From: a virus
Strand: one strand, 5' to 3'
Length of the DNA stretch: 64,000 nt
Virus record (IMG/VR): IMGVR_UViG_3300034102_001457
Coordinates: 15,858 to 79,857 of that record
The first letter of the stretch is position 1. Every line of letters starts with the position of its first letter. The notes beneath the pieces are model-generated. The model was not told the origin of the DNA. It was given only the letters and a program-made list of their open reading frames with translations, and did not search any database. The position numbers and the translations under genes are program-made. Of the stretch, positions 48,044 to 57,591 are shown piece after piece.

Positions 48044-51000
48044 ATGGCAGGTAAGTCATATATAAAAGTTGGTGCCTACGATTGGGACCGAATAAAAAAA
48101 ATGTATGTAAAAACTGGTGGACAAACATGGTCTGCAATTAGAAAAGCATATGTTAAAACTAATAATGGATGGAAAAAAGTATTTGACACTACTAGCAATA
48201 GGCCATTTATTGAGGGTAACGATATACCAAAATTAAGATTAAATACATTTAGAACTGACAGTACTGCAGGAAGCATAATTGACGGTACTGCCGATGATCC
48301 AATTAATCCTGTTGTAGAGGCTCCACCAGTTCAAAGAATGGGTCCAACTCAAAATCCACCGAACCTTGATAGTCGCACCCCTGTAACTGCTGGTTGGGTT
48401 GGCAATCAGGGAATAGGAAGACACCTTTGGGGATACAACGGAGATTGGGTATCTGGAAACGGAAGTGCAATAACATATGCTTATGACTGGCTATTTAGTA
48501 CTACTGGTGATTTAAACTATGTAGAAAAAGAATTTCTTGCAACATCGTCTACTGGTAGAAGAGATATGATTACAAATAGCTCTACCCACTTAGGAAGAGA
48601 CGACGGTGATTATTTTGATAAAAACTGGCTTATATTTAGAGTAAGAGCTACAAATTCTGCAGGTAATGCATCTGCACAATCATTACCAGTTTATATAGTA
48701 AGACAGAGACCTAGCGGAACAATAAATGTTATAAATACTGGAGTTGATGTTCCAGAAACATTATCAGCAAGTATTACATATGCTAGCTATTGGTATAATA
48801 AACCAGACGTATATGATTCTTACGTAGAGTGGTTTGCCGTAGATGCCCTTGGAGATGCCTTAACAACAAACAATAGGGTTGCAATTGAATATTTATACGA
48901 CATAGCTGTAACTGGCACAACAACAAAGTCTGGAACAGTATATCACTATGCAACACTGGAAAATAAAATATATATTGCAAGACTTACTCTAAATAATTCA
49001 AATACCCAGGCTCCAGTAGTTCCTGTGATTGGATTTATACCAAGCTCTCCATTTACTGCAGAAGACTCTACATCTCCAGGATCACCACTTTCAGTTACTA
49101 CATTAAACATTTTAGATATATATAGTAATGCGGGCACAGATAATCGGGGATATATCCCAGCAGGCGGACTTATGAAAATTAGATCTAACGTTACAGGTGT
49201 TGATGGAAGCACAACATACAGAATTAGATACAGAATGTATAATTGGCAAAACCAAAGTTACTATGGAATGGATGGCACAAACTACGGAAGTGCTGCATCT
49301 AGCGCATGGACTACAAGAACTGGATCAAGCACGAGCTTTGGTTCTGGCGGGACATTAATTAGTAATATTTCAGTTTCTGGTACAACCGCTACATTAACCC
49401 ACAATGAAGTGGTAAGCTCATCTTTATTTGGATCAACAACTTATGCAATAGATGGAGTAGGCGGATATGATAGATGGCAAATTGAAATAGAAGTTAGTGC
49501 TTTAAAAAATTCAATAAGAAAGTATTACGCAGATGTAGTCGGTGGAATACCATATTATATTTCTAGATCAGCGGCAAATTTATTACTTACTGCAGATCCC
49601 AACCCTGCTCGAAAAAATCAAAATGTAACATTAAGCGGATCAATTGGAGCTTTAGGCGGCGGCAACTCGTACCCAAGACAATACAGGGTTACCTTTGGAG
49701 ATGGAAGTGATAGTGGATGGCTTCCTGTTAATGGATGGTCATACGGAACTGCTAATCCAACCTTCTCAATTGTTAAGCAGTATTCTGCAGCTGGAGAATA
49801 TTATCCTTATTTTCAAACGATCCCAGATTATTCTACTGGTAGTACATATGTTGAAGTCACAGAAGAACTTACTGCTCCAACATCTTTAACGGCAACATCA
49901 GACAGAGGAGACGGAGTATTATTGCAATGGAATGCTGTGCCTGGAGCAAACTATTATGAAATTTATTGGGGAAGTAGTTTAGGCGGTGGCCCAGTAAATC
50001 AATCCACATTTGCAGACTTTGGTCAAGATAATAGTATAACAACAAACTCGTTTTTAGATACAACAATTACTGCTGGATCTACAAGATACTATCGTGTTCG
50101 TGCCAGAATAAATGCGACAGCATCTGGACCAAATTCTTCTGACTGGTTCCCAGGCCCTGGATCAAATGGTATAGCTGGAACTAGAATTCAAACATTACCA
50201 GGGCTGCCTACGTCTTTAACCGCAACTACAAATAGATCAGATGGAGTTAATTTAACATTTAGCGGTTCATCCTTAGCAACAGGATACGATATATTTTGGA
50301 ATACAAATGAAATTTCAAATCCGTCAGATTCAGCAACCCCAGATTTTACAAATGTTTCTTCACCATTTTTAGATACTACGATAAGCGTTTCGGCCACAAG
50401 GTGGTACTGGGTTAGAGGAAGGAATGCAAACGGTACTGGACCGTGGTTTCCAATATCTAATGGTGTAATTGGAACAAGAGTCGGAGTTGCACCAAATGGT
50501 GGAACTGTAACCGTTACTCCAAGTACTGGAACTGCTGGGTCTACAACATTTACCGCATCACCTTCTGGATGGACTGGTTCAGGAACTATATCCTACACCT
50601 ACTCTTGGCAAAGATTTACAAATGGTTCATTTGTGTATGAGCAGCTTGGTACTGGTACAACATTTTCACCCACAGTAGCTCAAAGAAATACAGCACTAGC
50701 TTGGCAAGTAGTTATAACTGCATCAAACGGAATTTCTCCAAATGGTACTGCTAGCGTAGGCTTTACAGTAAATGCTCCAGTATCAAAGCTTGCTACACCT
50801 ACTGGAGTTAATGCTACAGATACTAGAACTGATGGAGTCAACATAACTTGGAACGCAGTATCTGGAGCTGCTTACTATGGAATCTGGTATGGACCAACAC
50901 CAGGATATGATTCAAGTCCAGATTTTGGTGGACCAAATAATCCAACTTTAATTACTGGAACATCTTATTTGGATACAGCCATTAGTGCTGGATCTAATAG

Positions 51001-51685
51001 AAACTACTACGTACAAGCATTTGCTTCTGGTAATCCTACTGGAAGCAAATCAGATTGGGGAGGCCCTGACAACGGAGCAAGAATTACTGCACCAGTTAAA
51101 CTTGCAACCCCTACTGGAGTAAGCGCTTCTGATAACAGAAGTGATGGAATTAATATTACATGGAATCCAGTTTCTGGTGCATCGTATTATGGAGTATGGT
51201 GGGGAGGAGCCCCTGGATATGATAATAGCCCAGACTTCCCAAATATTTTTGCAACAAGCTACTTTGATTCTGGAGCCCCAGTGGGTTCAAGAAATTACTA
51301 TGTCCAGGCCTTTGCTTCGGGAAATCCTACTGGCACTAAATCTGATTGGGGTGGTCCAGATTCTGGAACTAGAACATCTGTACCAGTAGTATCTGCACCA
51401 GCCGCTCCAACTGGGGTAGGGACATCTGGAAGCGGACTTGTTTCTTGGAATGCTTCTAGTGGAGCAACAAGCTATACCGTAGAATACTACACTGCAACAA
51501 ACTCAAGCGGTGCTAATCAGAGTGGACCTTATTATGGGTTCCCTGGAAGCTCGACATCTTTCCAGATTTCTTATCCAGTAGTTAATTCAGTTTTACAAAA
51601 CTGGGCTAGAGCAAGAGTCTCTGCAAGTAATGCTGGCGGGACATCATCTTACTCAAGCTTTGGGCCAGCTTCGGGGTTTGCATAA
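48044..51685 (+). CDS. Large Ig/Fn3 repeat tail protein
   Basis: Repeated APTSLTAT.DR.DGV...W..V.GA.YY...YYRVRA/YYVQA modules; N-terminal YVKT..W repeats. Confidence 0.75.
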   Translation: MAGKSYIKVGAYDWDRIKKMYVKTGGQTWSAIRKAYVKTNNGWKKVFDTTSNRPFIEGNDIPKLRLNTFRTDSTAGSIIDGTADDPINPVVEAPPVQRMGPTQNPPNLDSRTPVTAGWVGNQGIGRHLWGYNGDWVSGNGSAITYAYDWLFSTTGDLNYVEKEFLATSSTGRRDMITNSSTHLGRDDGDYFDKNWLIFRVRATNSAGNASAQSLPVYIVRQRPSGTINVINTGVDVPETLSASITYASYWYNKPDVYDSYVEWFAVDALGDALTTNNRVAIEYLYDIAVTGTTTKSGTVYHYATLENKIYIARLTLNNSNTQAPVVPVIGFIPSSPFTAEDSTSPGSPLSVTTLNILDIYSNAGTDNRGYIPAGGLMKIRSNVTGVDGSTTYRIRYRMYNWQNQSYYGMDGTNYGSAASSAWTTRTGSSTSFGSGGTLISNISVSGTTATLTHNEVVSSSLFGSTTYAIDGVGGYDRWQIEIEVSALKNSIRKYYADVVGGIPYYISRSAANLLLTADPNPARKNQNVTLSGSIGALGGGNSYPRQYRVTFGDGSDSGWLPVNGWSYGTANPTFSIVKQYSAAGEYYPYFQTIPDYSTGSTYVEVTEELTAPTSLTATSDRGDGVLLQWNAVPGANYYEIYWGSSLGGGPVNQSTFADFGQDNSITTNSFLDTTITAGSTRYYRVRARINATASGPNSSDWFPGPGSNGIAGTRIQTLPGLPTSLTATTNRSDGVNLTFSGSSLATGYDIFWNTNEISNPSDSATPDFTNVSSPFLDTTISVSATRWYWVRGRNANGTGPWFPISNGVIGTRVGVAPNGGTVTVTPSTGTAGSTTFTASPSGWTGSGTISYTYSWQRFTNGSFVYEQLGTGTTFSPTVAQRNTALAWQVVITASNGISPNGTASVGFTVNAPVSKLATPTGVNATDTRTDGVNITWNAVSGAAYYGIWYGPTPGYDSSPDFGGPNNPTLITGTSYLDTAISAGSNRNYYVQAFASGNPTGSKSDWGGPDNGARITAPVKLATPTGVSASDNRSDGINITWNPVSGASYYGVWWGGAPGYDNSPDFPNIFATSYFDSGAPVGSRNYYVQAFASGNPTGTKSDWGGPDSGTRTSVPVVSAPAAPTGVGTSGSGLVSWNASSGATSYTVEYYTATNSSGANQSGPYYGFPGSSTSFQISYPVVNSVLQNWARARVSASNAGGTSSYSSFGPASGFA

Positions 51686-51876
51686 TGATTACTAATGAAG
51701 AAAAAATAGAAATGATTTTAAATAAACTTAATAATTTAGAGGCTTTAATAAAGTCTTTGACTGATAACGCCGAGATCTGTAAAGATAAATACGTCCTGGA
51801 GGATGAGCTTCTAGAATGTAATAGGAAAAAAACGGCTTTACTGAACGAAAAACAGGCCTTGACTAATCAGGGTTAA
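51685..51876 (+). CDS. Small coiled-coil protein
   Basis: 63 aa; ITNEEKIEMI resembles LTNADKLNIV of the next gene. Confidence 0.6.
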   Translation: MITNEEKIEMILNKLNNLEALIKSLTDNAEICKDKYVLEDELLECNRKKTALLNEKQALTNQG

Positions 51877-51886
51877 ATGATATAAT
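51859..51886 (+). promoter_or_regulatory. Promoter
   Basis: TTGACT-N16-TATAAT with extended TG. Confidence 0.6.
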
Positions 51887-51904
51887 AATGAAAGGAGGCA
51901 AAAA

Positions 51905-52120
51905 ATGACATTGTTAACAAACGCAGACAAGCTAAACATTGTAAATCAGCACATGAAGAGTATTGATTTCCAAGCATACAATCTTGAACTAGATTTAATT
52001 GAAGCAAATGCTGAATCTCCAGTAAATTCAGAAACTGTTTCAACCATTAATGGTAGAATTAACGCTCTAGCTGCAAAAAGAACTGCTCTAGAATCAGAAG
52101 CAGCAGAACTAGCGGAATAG
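51905..52120 (+). CDS. Small coiled-coil protein
   Basis: AGGAGG SD; 71 aa. Confidence 0.7.
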   Translation: MTLLTNADKLNIVNQHMKSIDFQAYNLELDLIEANAESPVNSETVSTINGRINALAAKRTALESEAAELAE

Positions 52121-52129
52121 GAATATGGC

Positions 52130-52315
52130 ATGGCAGAAAAAGTAGAACTAGTAATTACTGCATTACAGCAACGCATAGGGGAAATTGTATCTAATTATGA
52201 AACCCAAATTGCATTTTTGAGAGCAGAAATTACTCATCTAGTAGAAGAAAAAGAGGCAAAGAGTGAGGCTATTCAAGACTACTCAGAGCATCTTAACGAT
52301 CTCACAGCCGACTAA
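52130..52315 (+). CDS. Small coiled-coil protein
   Basis: ALQQRIGEIVSNYETQIAFLRAEIT. Confidence 0.65.
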   Translation: MAEKVELVITALQQRIGEIVSNYETQIAFLRAEITHLVEEKEAKSEAIQDYSEHLNDLTAD

Positions 52316-52661
52316 TTTCCCTTCAGGTATCGCTGTTAAAACAGACAAGGATACCTATTGGATTAAAGATGGCAAAAGGTATAGGCTAATTTCTAACAGG
52401 GCTGCAGAGTCGTGGTGTTTTACCACTGTACTAGCAACTGAATCGGCGCTGTCTGGAATTAAGATTGCAGGAAAGCTAGGATTTAGAGACGGGTCCTTGA
52501 TAAAAAACCTAGCAGATGGTAAAATGTATTTAGTATCACAGAATAAACTAAGGCATATAGTAGACCCAGATTCGTTTAGCCGATATGGACTAGATAGATC
52601 TAAGGTAATAGAAGTGTCTGATAAAGAAGTATCAGCCCATGATTTAGGAGAAAACATATAA
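52263..52661 (+). CDS. Hypothetical protein with an internal two-fold repeat
   Basis: AVKTDKDTYWIKDGKRYRLI and LIKNLADGKMYLVSQNKLRHI. Confidence 0.65.
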   Translation: MRLFKTTQSILTISQPTNFPSGIAVKTDKDTYWIKDGKRYRLISNRAAESWCFTTVLATESALSGIKIAGKLGFRDGSLIKNLADGKMYLVSQNKLRHIVDPDSFSRYGLDRSKVIEVSDKEVSAHDLGENI

Positions 52662-53080
52662 TGAGCGACACCTTTAATGATGGAGATCCAATTGACGCTA
52701 CCCTATTACAAAAGTTAAAAACAGATGTAGCAAAGGCAACAGCGTTAGCTGGTGCAAAAGTTAGCGCTGGTTCAAATATTCAGGTTGAGCCCAAGACAGT
52801 TGCTGAAATTACAGTACCTAGATTTTTTGGTGGAAAAACTGAGCCTAAATCTGTTGCTAATGGTAAACGACAGACATATACAATTAATTACAAGGATGCT
52901 GGATTTTCTGGTAAGCCCTCAGCAATAACGCTAACCGCTATATGTAAAAGTGGTTTAGCAGACATAAAAGAGCCCTCTATAGTAAGTGGATCGGTTACTA
53001 AGGAAACAGCAGATGTACAAATTTGGGGATCAGGAAATACAAAGTCCATATCAATATTTTTTATAGCAGTTGAAAACTAG
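52661..53080 (+). CDS. Hypothetical virion-associated protein
   Basis: FNDGDPIDATLLQKL N-terminus; beta-rich C-terminus. Confidence 0.6.
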   Translation: MSDTFNDGDPIDATLLQKLKTDVAKATALAGAKVSAGSNIQVEPKTVAEITVPRFFGGKTEPKSVANGKRQTYTINYKDAGFSGKPSAITLTAICKSGLADIKEPSIVSGSVTKETADVQIWGSGNTKSISIFFIAVEN

Positions 53081-53084
53081 CCTA

Positions 53085-53112
53085 TTGACATCGTAGTTCA
53101 ATATGCTACAAT
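53085..53112 (+). promoter_or_regulatory. Near-consensus sigma70-type promoter at the start of the replication module
   Basis: TTGACA-N16-TACAAT with extended TG. Confidence 0.7.
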
Positions 53113-53126
53113 TTAGATAATATTAA

Positions 53127-53151
53127 GGCCACAGACTTGTGGCCCTTTTTT
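53127..53151 (+). terminator. Rho-independent terminator-like hairpin
   Basis: GGCCACA-gact-TGTGGCC-cTTTTTT. Confidence 0.75.
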
Positions 53152-53166
53152 CACGTAAGGAAATAA

Positions 53167-53967
53167 ATGGCTAACGATTTAAAATGGATGCTATCTTCAG
53201 ATCAGCAATTCCCATATCAAGATGATAAAATGATTGCTCTGTGGTTTAAGGTCCTTAAATGGTTTAAGCCAGATGTAGTTGATTATCTTGGGGATACTGA
53301 CGATCAAGCCTGCTACAGCAAGTATACAGAGGGTCGCTCAGCAGAATTTTTAAATTTACACAAGACAGATAGTCGTGACCTTATTGTTCCCATGATGCGT
53401 CATGAAGCAAAGGGCGCAAGAGATTTTTATACTAAGACTAGAGAAATGCTACCAGACGCACAACTATTTTCTGCTCTTGGAAATCACGATGTTAGAATTT
53501 TTAATTATGTAGATGCAAAGCTTCCAGACTATATTAACGAAGTAACTCCAGAAGCACTATGGGGGCTAGACTCATTAGGATACGATTACATTTATTATGA
53601 CTCTCTGCCTAAGCAAAGATTTGGAGATGTTCATGTTCATCATGGAATTTCAATTGCTGCAACTGGTTCTGTTCGTAAAGACATGGAAGATCTTCAAGTA
53701 TCACTTATTCGTGGGCACTCCCATAGAATTGCATCCCACCTTGTAACTTATGAATTAAGAAACAATGGGGAGGGAGAAACTTTGCGTGGCTATGAAATTG
53801 GACACATGTGCGATGAAAAGGGTCCAGGAATGAAATACACACAACACCACGACTGGCAAAAGGGATTTGCTATAGCCCATATTGTAAATGATTATCCTCA
53901 CATTCAGATGATCCACGTTGCCCCAGATTACTCATGCGTTGTAGACGGGAAAGTTTTTGCGCTATGA
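53167..53967 (+). CDS. Calcineurin-like metallophosphoesterase
   Basis: SDQQ, LGDTDD, LGNHD, HHG and GHSH motifs. Confidence 0.85.
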   Translation: MANDLKWMLSSDQQFPYQDDKMIALWFKVLKWFKPDVVDYLGDTDDQACYSKYTEGRSAEFLNLHKTDSRDLIVPMMRHEAKGARDFYTKTREMLPDAQLFSALGNHDVRIFNYVDAKLPDYINEVTPEALWGLDSLGYDYIYYDSLPKQRFGDVHVHHGISIAATGSVRKDMEDLQVSLIRGHSHRIASHLVTYELRNNGEGETLRGYEIGHMCDEKGPGMKYTQHHDWQKGFAIAHIVNDYPHIQMIHVAPDYSCVVDGKVFAL

Positions 53968-54152
53968 TGAAGTGCCAAAAGTGTGGGGGCAGAGTATTTG
54001 TTGACAGAGTATTCTCTCAAAAATTACACACGGAATTATTTTGCATCCTTTGCGGTAAGCGATGGATGATTAATAAAGAAACGAGTGCTTTCGGTAAATG
54101 GCTGGAGAAAACAGACAGAGACTACGAAAAAAGTTCGTCTATTTCTTCTTAA
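53964..54152 (+). CDS. Small zinc-ribbon protein
   Basis: CQKC...CILC; ATGA overlap at 53964. Confidence 0.75.
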   Translation: MMKCQKCGGRVFVDRVFSQKLHTELFCILCGKRWMINKETSAFGKWLEKTDRDYEKSSSISS

Positions 54153-54580
54153 ATGGTAAAGTACATAAAGTACTAAGACTATCTAGAGCTAAAGACGAAG
54201 TAGTAGCGTGGTCCTATTTAGATAAAAAAAGAATGCTGTATTCCTATTCTCAGGTAGATAAGCATATGGAAAAGGCATATACAGTAGCAGAAGCAAGCAA
54301 AATTTTAGGCAGGCACAAGGTAACTATAGAGGAGTATATTTTGCAGGGTAAGGTAAAGCAACCCCAAAGAGTATATCCAATTAGTAATCCAGAAAGCACA
54401 TGGTCTAAATATATGCTTAACGAAGCTAATATTCTAGATATCCACGAGTTCATTCTTGACGCAGGTCATATTAGAGACCTGCCTTCAAGATCAGAATTAC
54501 AGGCTCTTCTCAAACACAATTTAATAATGTATACTAAGACAGAAGACGGAAAATTTGTACCTGTATGGAAGGCGGAGTAA
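54098..54580 (+). CDS. HTH DNA-binding protein (MerR/Xis-like)
   Basis: YTVAEASKILGRHKVTIEEYILQGKV. Confidence 0.7.
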   Translation: MAGENRQRLRKKFVYFFLNGKVHKVLRLSRAKDEVVAWSYLDKKRMLYSYSQVDKHMEKAYTVAEASKILGRHKVTIEEYILQGKVKQPQRVYPISNPESTWSKYMLNEANILDIHEFILDAGHIRDLPSRSELQALLKHNLIMYTKTEDGKFVPVWKAE

Positions 54581-54783
54581 TGTCAACAAAAGTAAAAGTA
54601 GATCTATCATTTACTAGAAACCTAGGCAACTATGAAAGCATTAAGATTGGCATAGGCATAGAAGACGATGTTCGCCAAGGAGAAAATGTAGATACCGCTA
54701 CAGAAAGAGTTTACGCATTTGTTGAGAACAAACTTATTGAAAAGACTCGTGAAGTAGAAGAAGAGCTCAAGCGTGGCAAATGA
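54580..54783 (+). CDS. Hypothetical protein
   Basis: TAATG coupling; TRNLGNYESIKI motif. Confidence 0.7.
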   Translation: MSTKVKVDLSFTRNLGNYESIKIGIGIEDDVRQGENVDTATERVYAFVENKLIEKTREVEEELKRGK

Positions 54784-55093
54784 GCGAGAGTCTTATGTAT
54801 TAATTGGGCTTTACGAAAAGCTGTACCTAGAAAAATATAATAAAAAGCCTAGGATAAATAAGTTTCGTGAAAAGTGGGCTATGCAGGACGTAATAGATAG
54901 CGTTGGCATGGACAGAGCAAAGGAACTTTTGGTATACTACTTCAAGACGACCAAGTCGGGCCACCCTCTTAGTTTCTTTTTCTACAATTTTGACAAGATA
55001 GATTATTTAAAAACAGAGCGTGAAAAGGATGCAAAGCATCGTAGGTTGCTACTACAGGCAACCAAGGAGTTAGTTGAAGGCGGGAATGAATGA
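54773..55093 (+). CDS. Hypothetical protein preceding the helicase
   Basis: 106-aa ORF overlapping both neighbours. Confidence 0.65.
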   Translation: MANERESYVLIGLYEKLYLEKYNKKPRINKFREKWAMQDVIDSVGMDRAKELLVYYFKTTKSGHPLSFFFYNFDKIDYLKTEREKDAKHRRLLLQATKELVEGGNE

Positions 55094-56334
55094 ATACAGA
55101 AGCCGAGTTGATCTCAGCAGTATGTAAGAACAAAGACATCAGTACCCTGCTCGCAGATAATGTAGATGAGATCTTTACTTCGCATAAAGATATTTGGGAT
55201 TCGTTAAAAGCCTATTACTATAAGTTCAAAGCAGTGCCAGAAGCTGGAATCCTTATGGAAAGATTCAAGGACTTTGAGCCAGTAGATACAAAGGCAGAGA
55301 CTGGTTACTATTTAGATAAACTAAAGAATGAATACCTAACTGGCAGACTAAAGAGTATTATTATTCAAAGTGGCTCAGCATTAAAAGAAGATGCAGCATC
55401 TAGAGTATTAGGTGACCTGCAGGCTAAGCTATCTCAGCTTTCTAAGTTTACAAATCATGTTCGTGACGTAGACGTAACAGATATTGAATTAGCAGAAAAA
55501 CATTTCCTATCAGTTAAAGAGCGCTCAGCAATCATGGGAGGAGCTCCAGGAATTCTAACAGGCTTTGATGCAATAGACAAGGCATACCCTACTGGTATGG
55601 CTCCAGGACACCTTATAGTGGCCATTGGTTGGCCAGGACGTGGCAAGACATGGTTTACTTCCTATCTTGCCTGTAAGGCATGGGAGCAGGGCTTTAAGCC
55701 TATGATTGTATCTCTTGAAATGTCTCCAGAGAATATGCGTGATCGTATTTATACAATGATGGGTTCAGGATTGTTTCGTGCCTCAGACTTTGCGAGAGGT
55801 GACGTTAACGTAGATACGTTTCGATCATGGGGCCAGAAAAGGTTTGAGAATAAAAACGGATTTATCCTGGTATCTAACGAAGGCATGGGAGAAGTAAACG
55901 CTAATACTATTCAGGCTAAGATAGATCAACATAAACCAGACTTAGTTATTTTAGATTACCATCAACTGTTTTCTGATAATAAGCGTAGCACAGGTGCCAC
56001 AGAGCGTAACATGAACGTGTCTCGTGAGTTTAAGATGCTTGCTATGACAAACAATATTCCAGTTATTGATATTACCGCAGCAACTATGGACGACATTACA
56101 GATCAAGATGCACCTCCTATGCTTAGCCAAGTTGCTTGGTCTAAGGCTATTGAGTATGATGCAGATATGGCCATAGCTATTCATAAGTATACTGATACCA
56201 ACATGATTGAGGTTGTGAGCAGAAAGAACCGCCACGGAATGGAGTTTAATGTCTTTTTAGATTGGGATATCAATAGAGGTATCATCAAAGAAATTTATGA
56301 GAATCCTTTTGCAAATGACGCATCGAAGAATTAA
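55090..56334 (+). CDS. dnaB: Replicative DNA helicase, DnaB-like
   Basis: Walker A GWPGRGKT, SLEMS, LVILDY, IEYDAD, KNRHG. Confidence 0.93.
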   Translation: MNTEAELISAVCKNKDISTLLADNVDEIFTSHKDIWDSLKAYYYKFKAVPEAGILMERFKDFEPVDTKAETGYYLDKLKNEYLTGRLKSIIIQSGSALKEDAASRVLGDLQAKLSQLSKFTNHVRDVDVTDIELAEKHFLSVKERSAIMGGAPGILTGFDAIDKAYPTGMAPGHLIVAIGWPGRGKTWFTSYLACKAWEQGFKPMIVSLEMSPENMRDRIYTMMGSGLFRASDFARGDVNVDTFRSWGQKRFENKNGFILVSNEGMGEVNANTIQAKIDQHKPDLVILDYHQLFSDNKRSTGATERNMNVSREFKMLAMTNNIPVIDITAATMDDITDQDAPPMLSQVAWSKAIEYDADMAIAIHKYTDTNMIEVVSRKNRHGMEFNVFLDWDINRGIIKEIYENPFANDASKN

Positions 56335-56617
56335 AAGATTTCAAATAGATGTAGAGTTTCATGACAACGCTCAGCTAATAAGCTTAAGACCTCAGTACGA
56401 AAACTTGTTAATTCAGGATATGAGGGGTAAAGGATATGTTCGGGTGCTTGACATAGATCCAGCATTTTCGGTAGACTTTACTGGTGAGACGTGGAAGTTC
56501 TTAATGAGCATTCACGGAGTATATGTGGGAAAGAAGAAGGCATGGCAATCAGAGGGTATAACACAAGGGAAGTCGATACCACGCACTACACGCCAAACCA
56601 TATCAAAGCCATCTTAA
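56315..56617 (+). CDS. Hypothetical protein
   Basis: ORF overlapping the helicase end and primase start. Confidence 0.6.
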   Translation: MTHRRIKRFQIDVEFHDNAQLISLRPQYENLLIQDMRGKGYVRVLDIDPAFSVDFTGETWKFLMSIHGVYVGKKKAWQSEGITQGKSIPRTTRQTISKPS

Positions 56618-57540
56618 GATCTATAGGTCTTGAGATTGTTGGCGAAACTGGTAATGACTTTCTGTGCTACTGCCCATTTCATTCTAACAGACATACCTCA
56701 AGCTTTAGCGTTAGCCGTGAGAAGGGTGCATTTATATGCTTTAATCCTTCCTGCGGTGAAGCTGGAACTTTGCAAGAGCTTGTAAAACGTGTACTAAATA
56801 AAAACGAGTTTGAGGCTATGAGGTTCATATCTTCAAAAGAAGCAGAGTCTCTAGAAAACTTTGATGAGTTGCTTTCAGAGGCAATGGAAGATAAGCCTAT
56901 GTTCCAGGAGTTTTCTTCTGATATATTAAATAAGCTGCACTCCGAACTTATATCTACAAAAGAAGGGGTTGAGTATTTTAAAAGCAGGGGTATTAATCAG
57001 GAGTCCGCAAATTACTTTGACCTAGGATATTCATCTAACATGAAAATGGTAACCGTTCCAGTACACAGTCCAGACGGAATGGCAATAGGTCTAGTTGGCA
57101 GATCAATAGAAGGTAAATCATTTAAGAACAGTACTAACCTGCCAAAGAGCAAGACACTATTTAATATTCATCGTGCCAAGAAAATTGGTGACCATGTAAT
57201 AGTAGTGGAGTCCAGCTTTGATGCAATCCGTGTGCATCAAGCTGGATTTCCTAATGTAGTGGCTACCCTAGGGGGATTTCTTTCTAAGGAACAGCACAGC
57301 CTACTAAATAGACATTTTAATAAAATAACTGTTATGACTGATGCTGATCAGGCTGGAAGAGACCTAGGCAAAAGTATTGTTACTAAATTAAAGTTTAAGG
57401 ACCTCTTGTGGGCTTCGCATGAATATGGTAAGATATATCCACATGGTGCAAAAGATGCTGGAGATTTAACTGATGAAGAAATTAAGGCATGCATTAAAAA
57501 TTCTGTATCCGATATAGAATACAGATCTTGGAACTCGTGA
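56542..57540 (+). CDS. dnaG: DNA primase, DnaG-like
   Basis: CHC2 finger CPFH...CFNPSC; Toprim VESSFD and DAD; KDAGD. Confidence 0.92.
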   Translation: MAIRGYNTREVDTTHYTPNHIKAILRSIGLEIVGETGNDFLCYCPFHSNRHTSSFSVSREKGAFICFNPSCGEAGTLQELVKRVLNKNEFEAMRFISSKEAESLENFDELLSEAMEDKPMFQEFSSDILNKLHSELISTKEGVEYFKSRGINQESANYFDLGYSSNMKMVTVPVHSPDGMAIGLVGRSIEGKSFKNSTNLPKSKTLFNIHRAKKIGDHVIVVESSFDAIRVHQAGFPNVVATLGGFLSKEQHSLLNRHFNKITVMTDADQAGRDLGKSIVTKLKFKDLLWASHEYGKIYPHGAKDAGDLTDEEIKACIKNSVSDIEYRSWNS

Positions 57541-57546
57541 TATAAT
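57538..57546 (+). promoter_or_regulatory. Extended -10 promoter for SSB
   Basis: TGaTATAAT overlapping the primase stop. Confidence 0.55.
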
Positions 57547-57591
57547 AAAAATACAGATGGATTTATACCATCAACTATAAAGGAGAAATAT

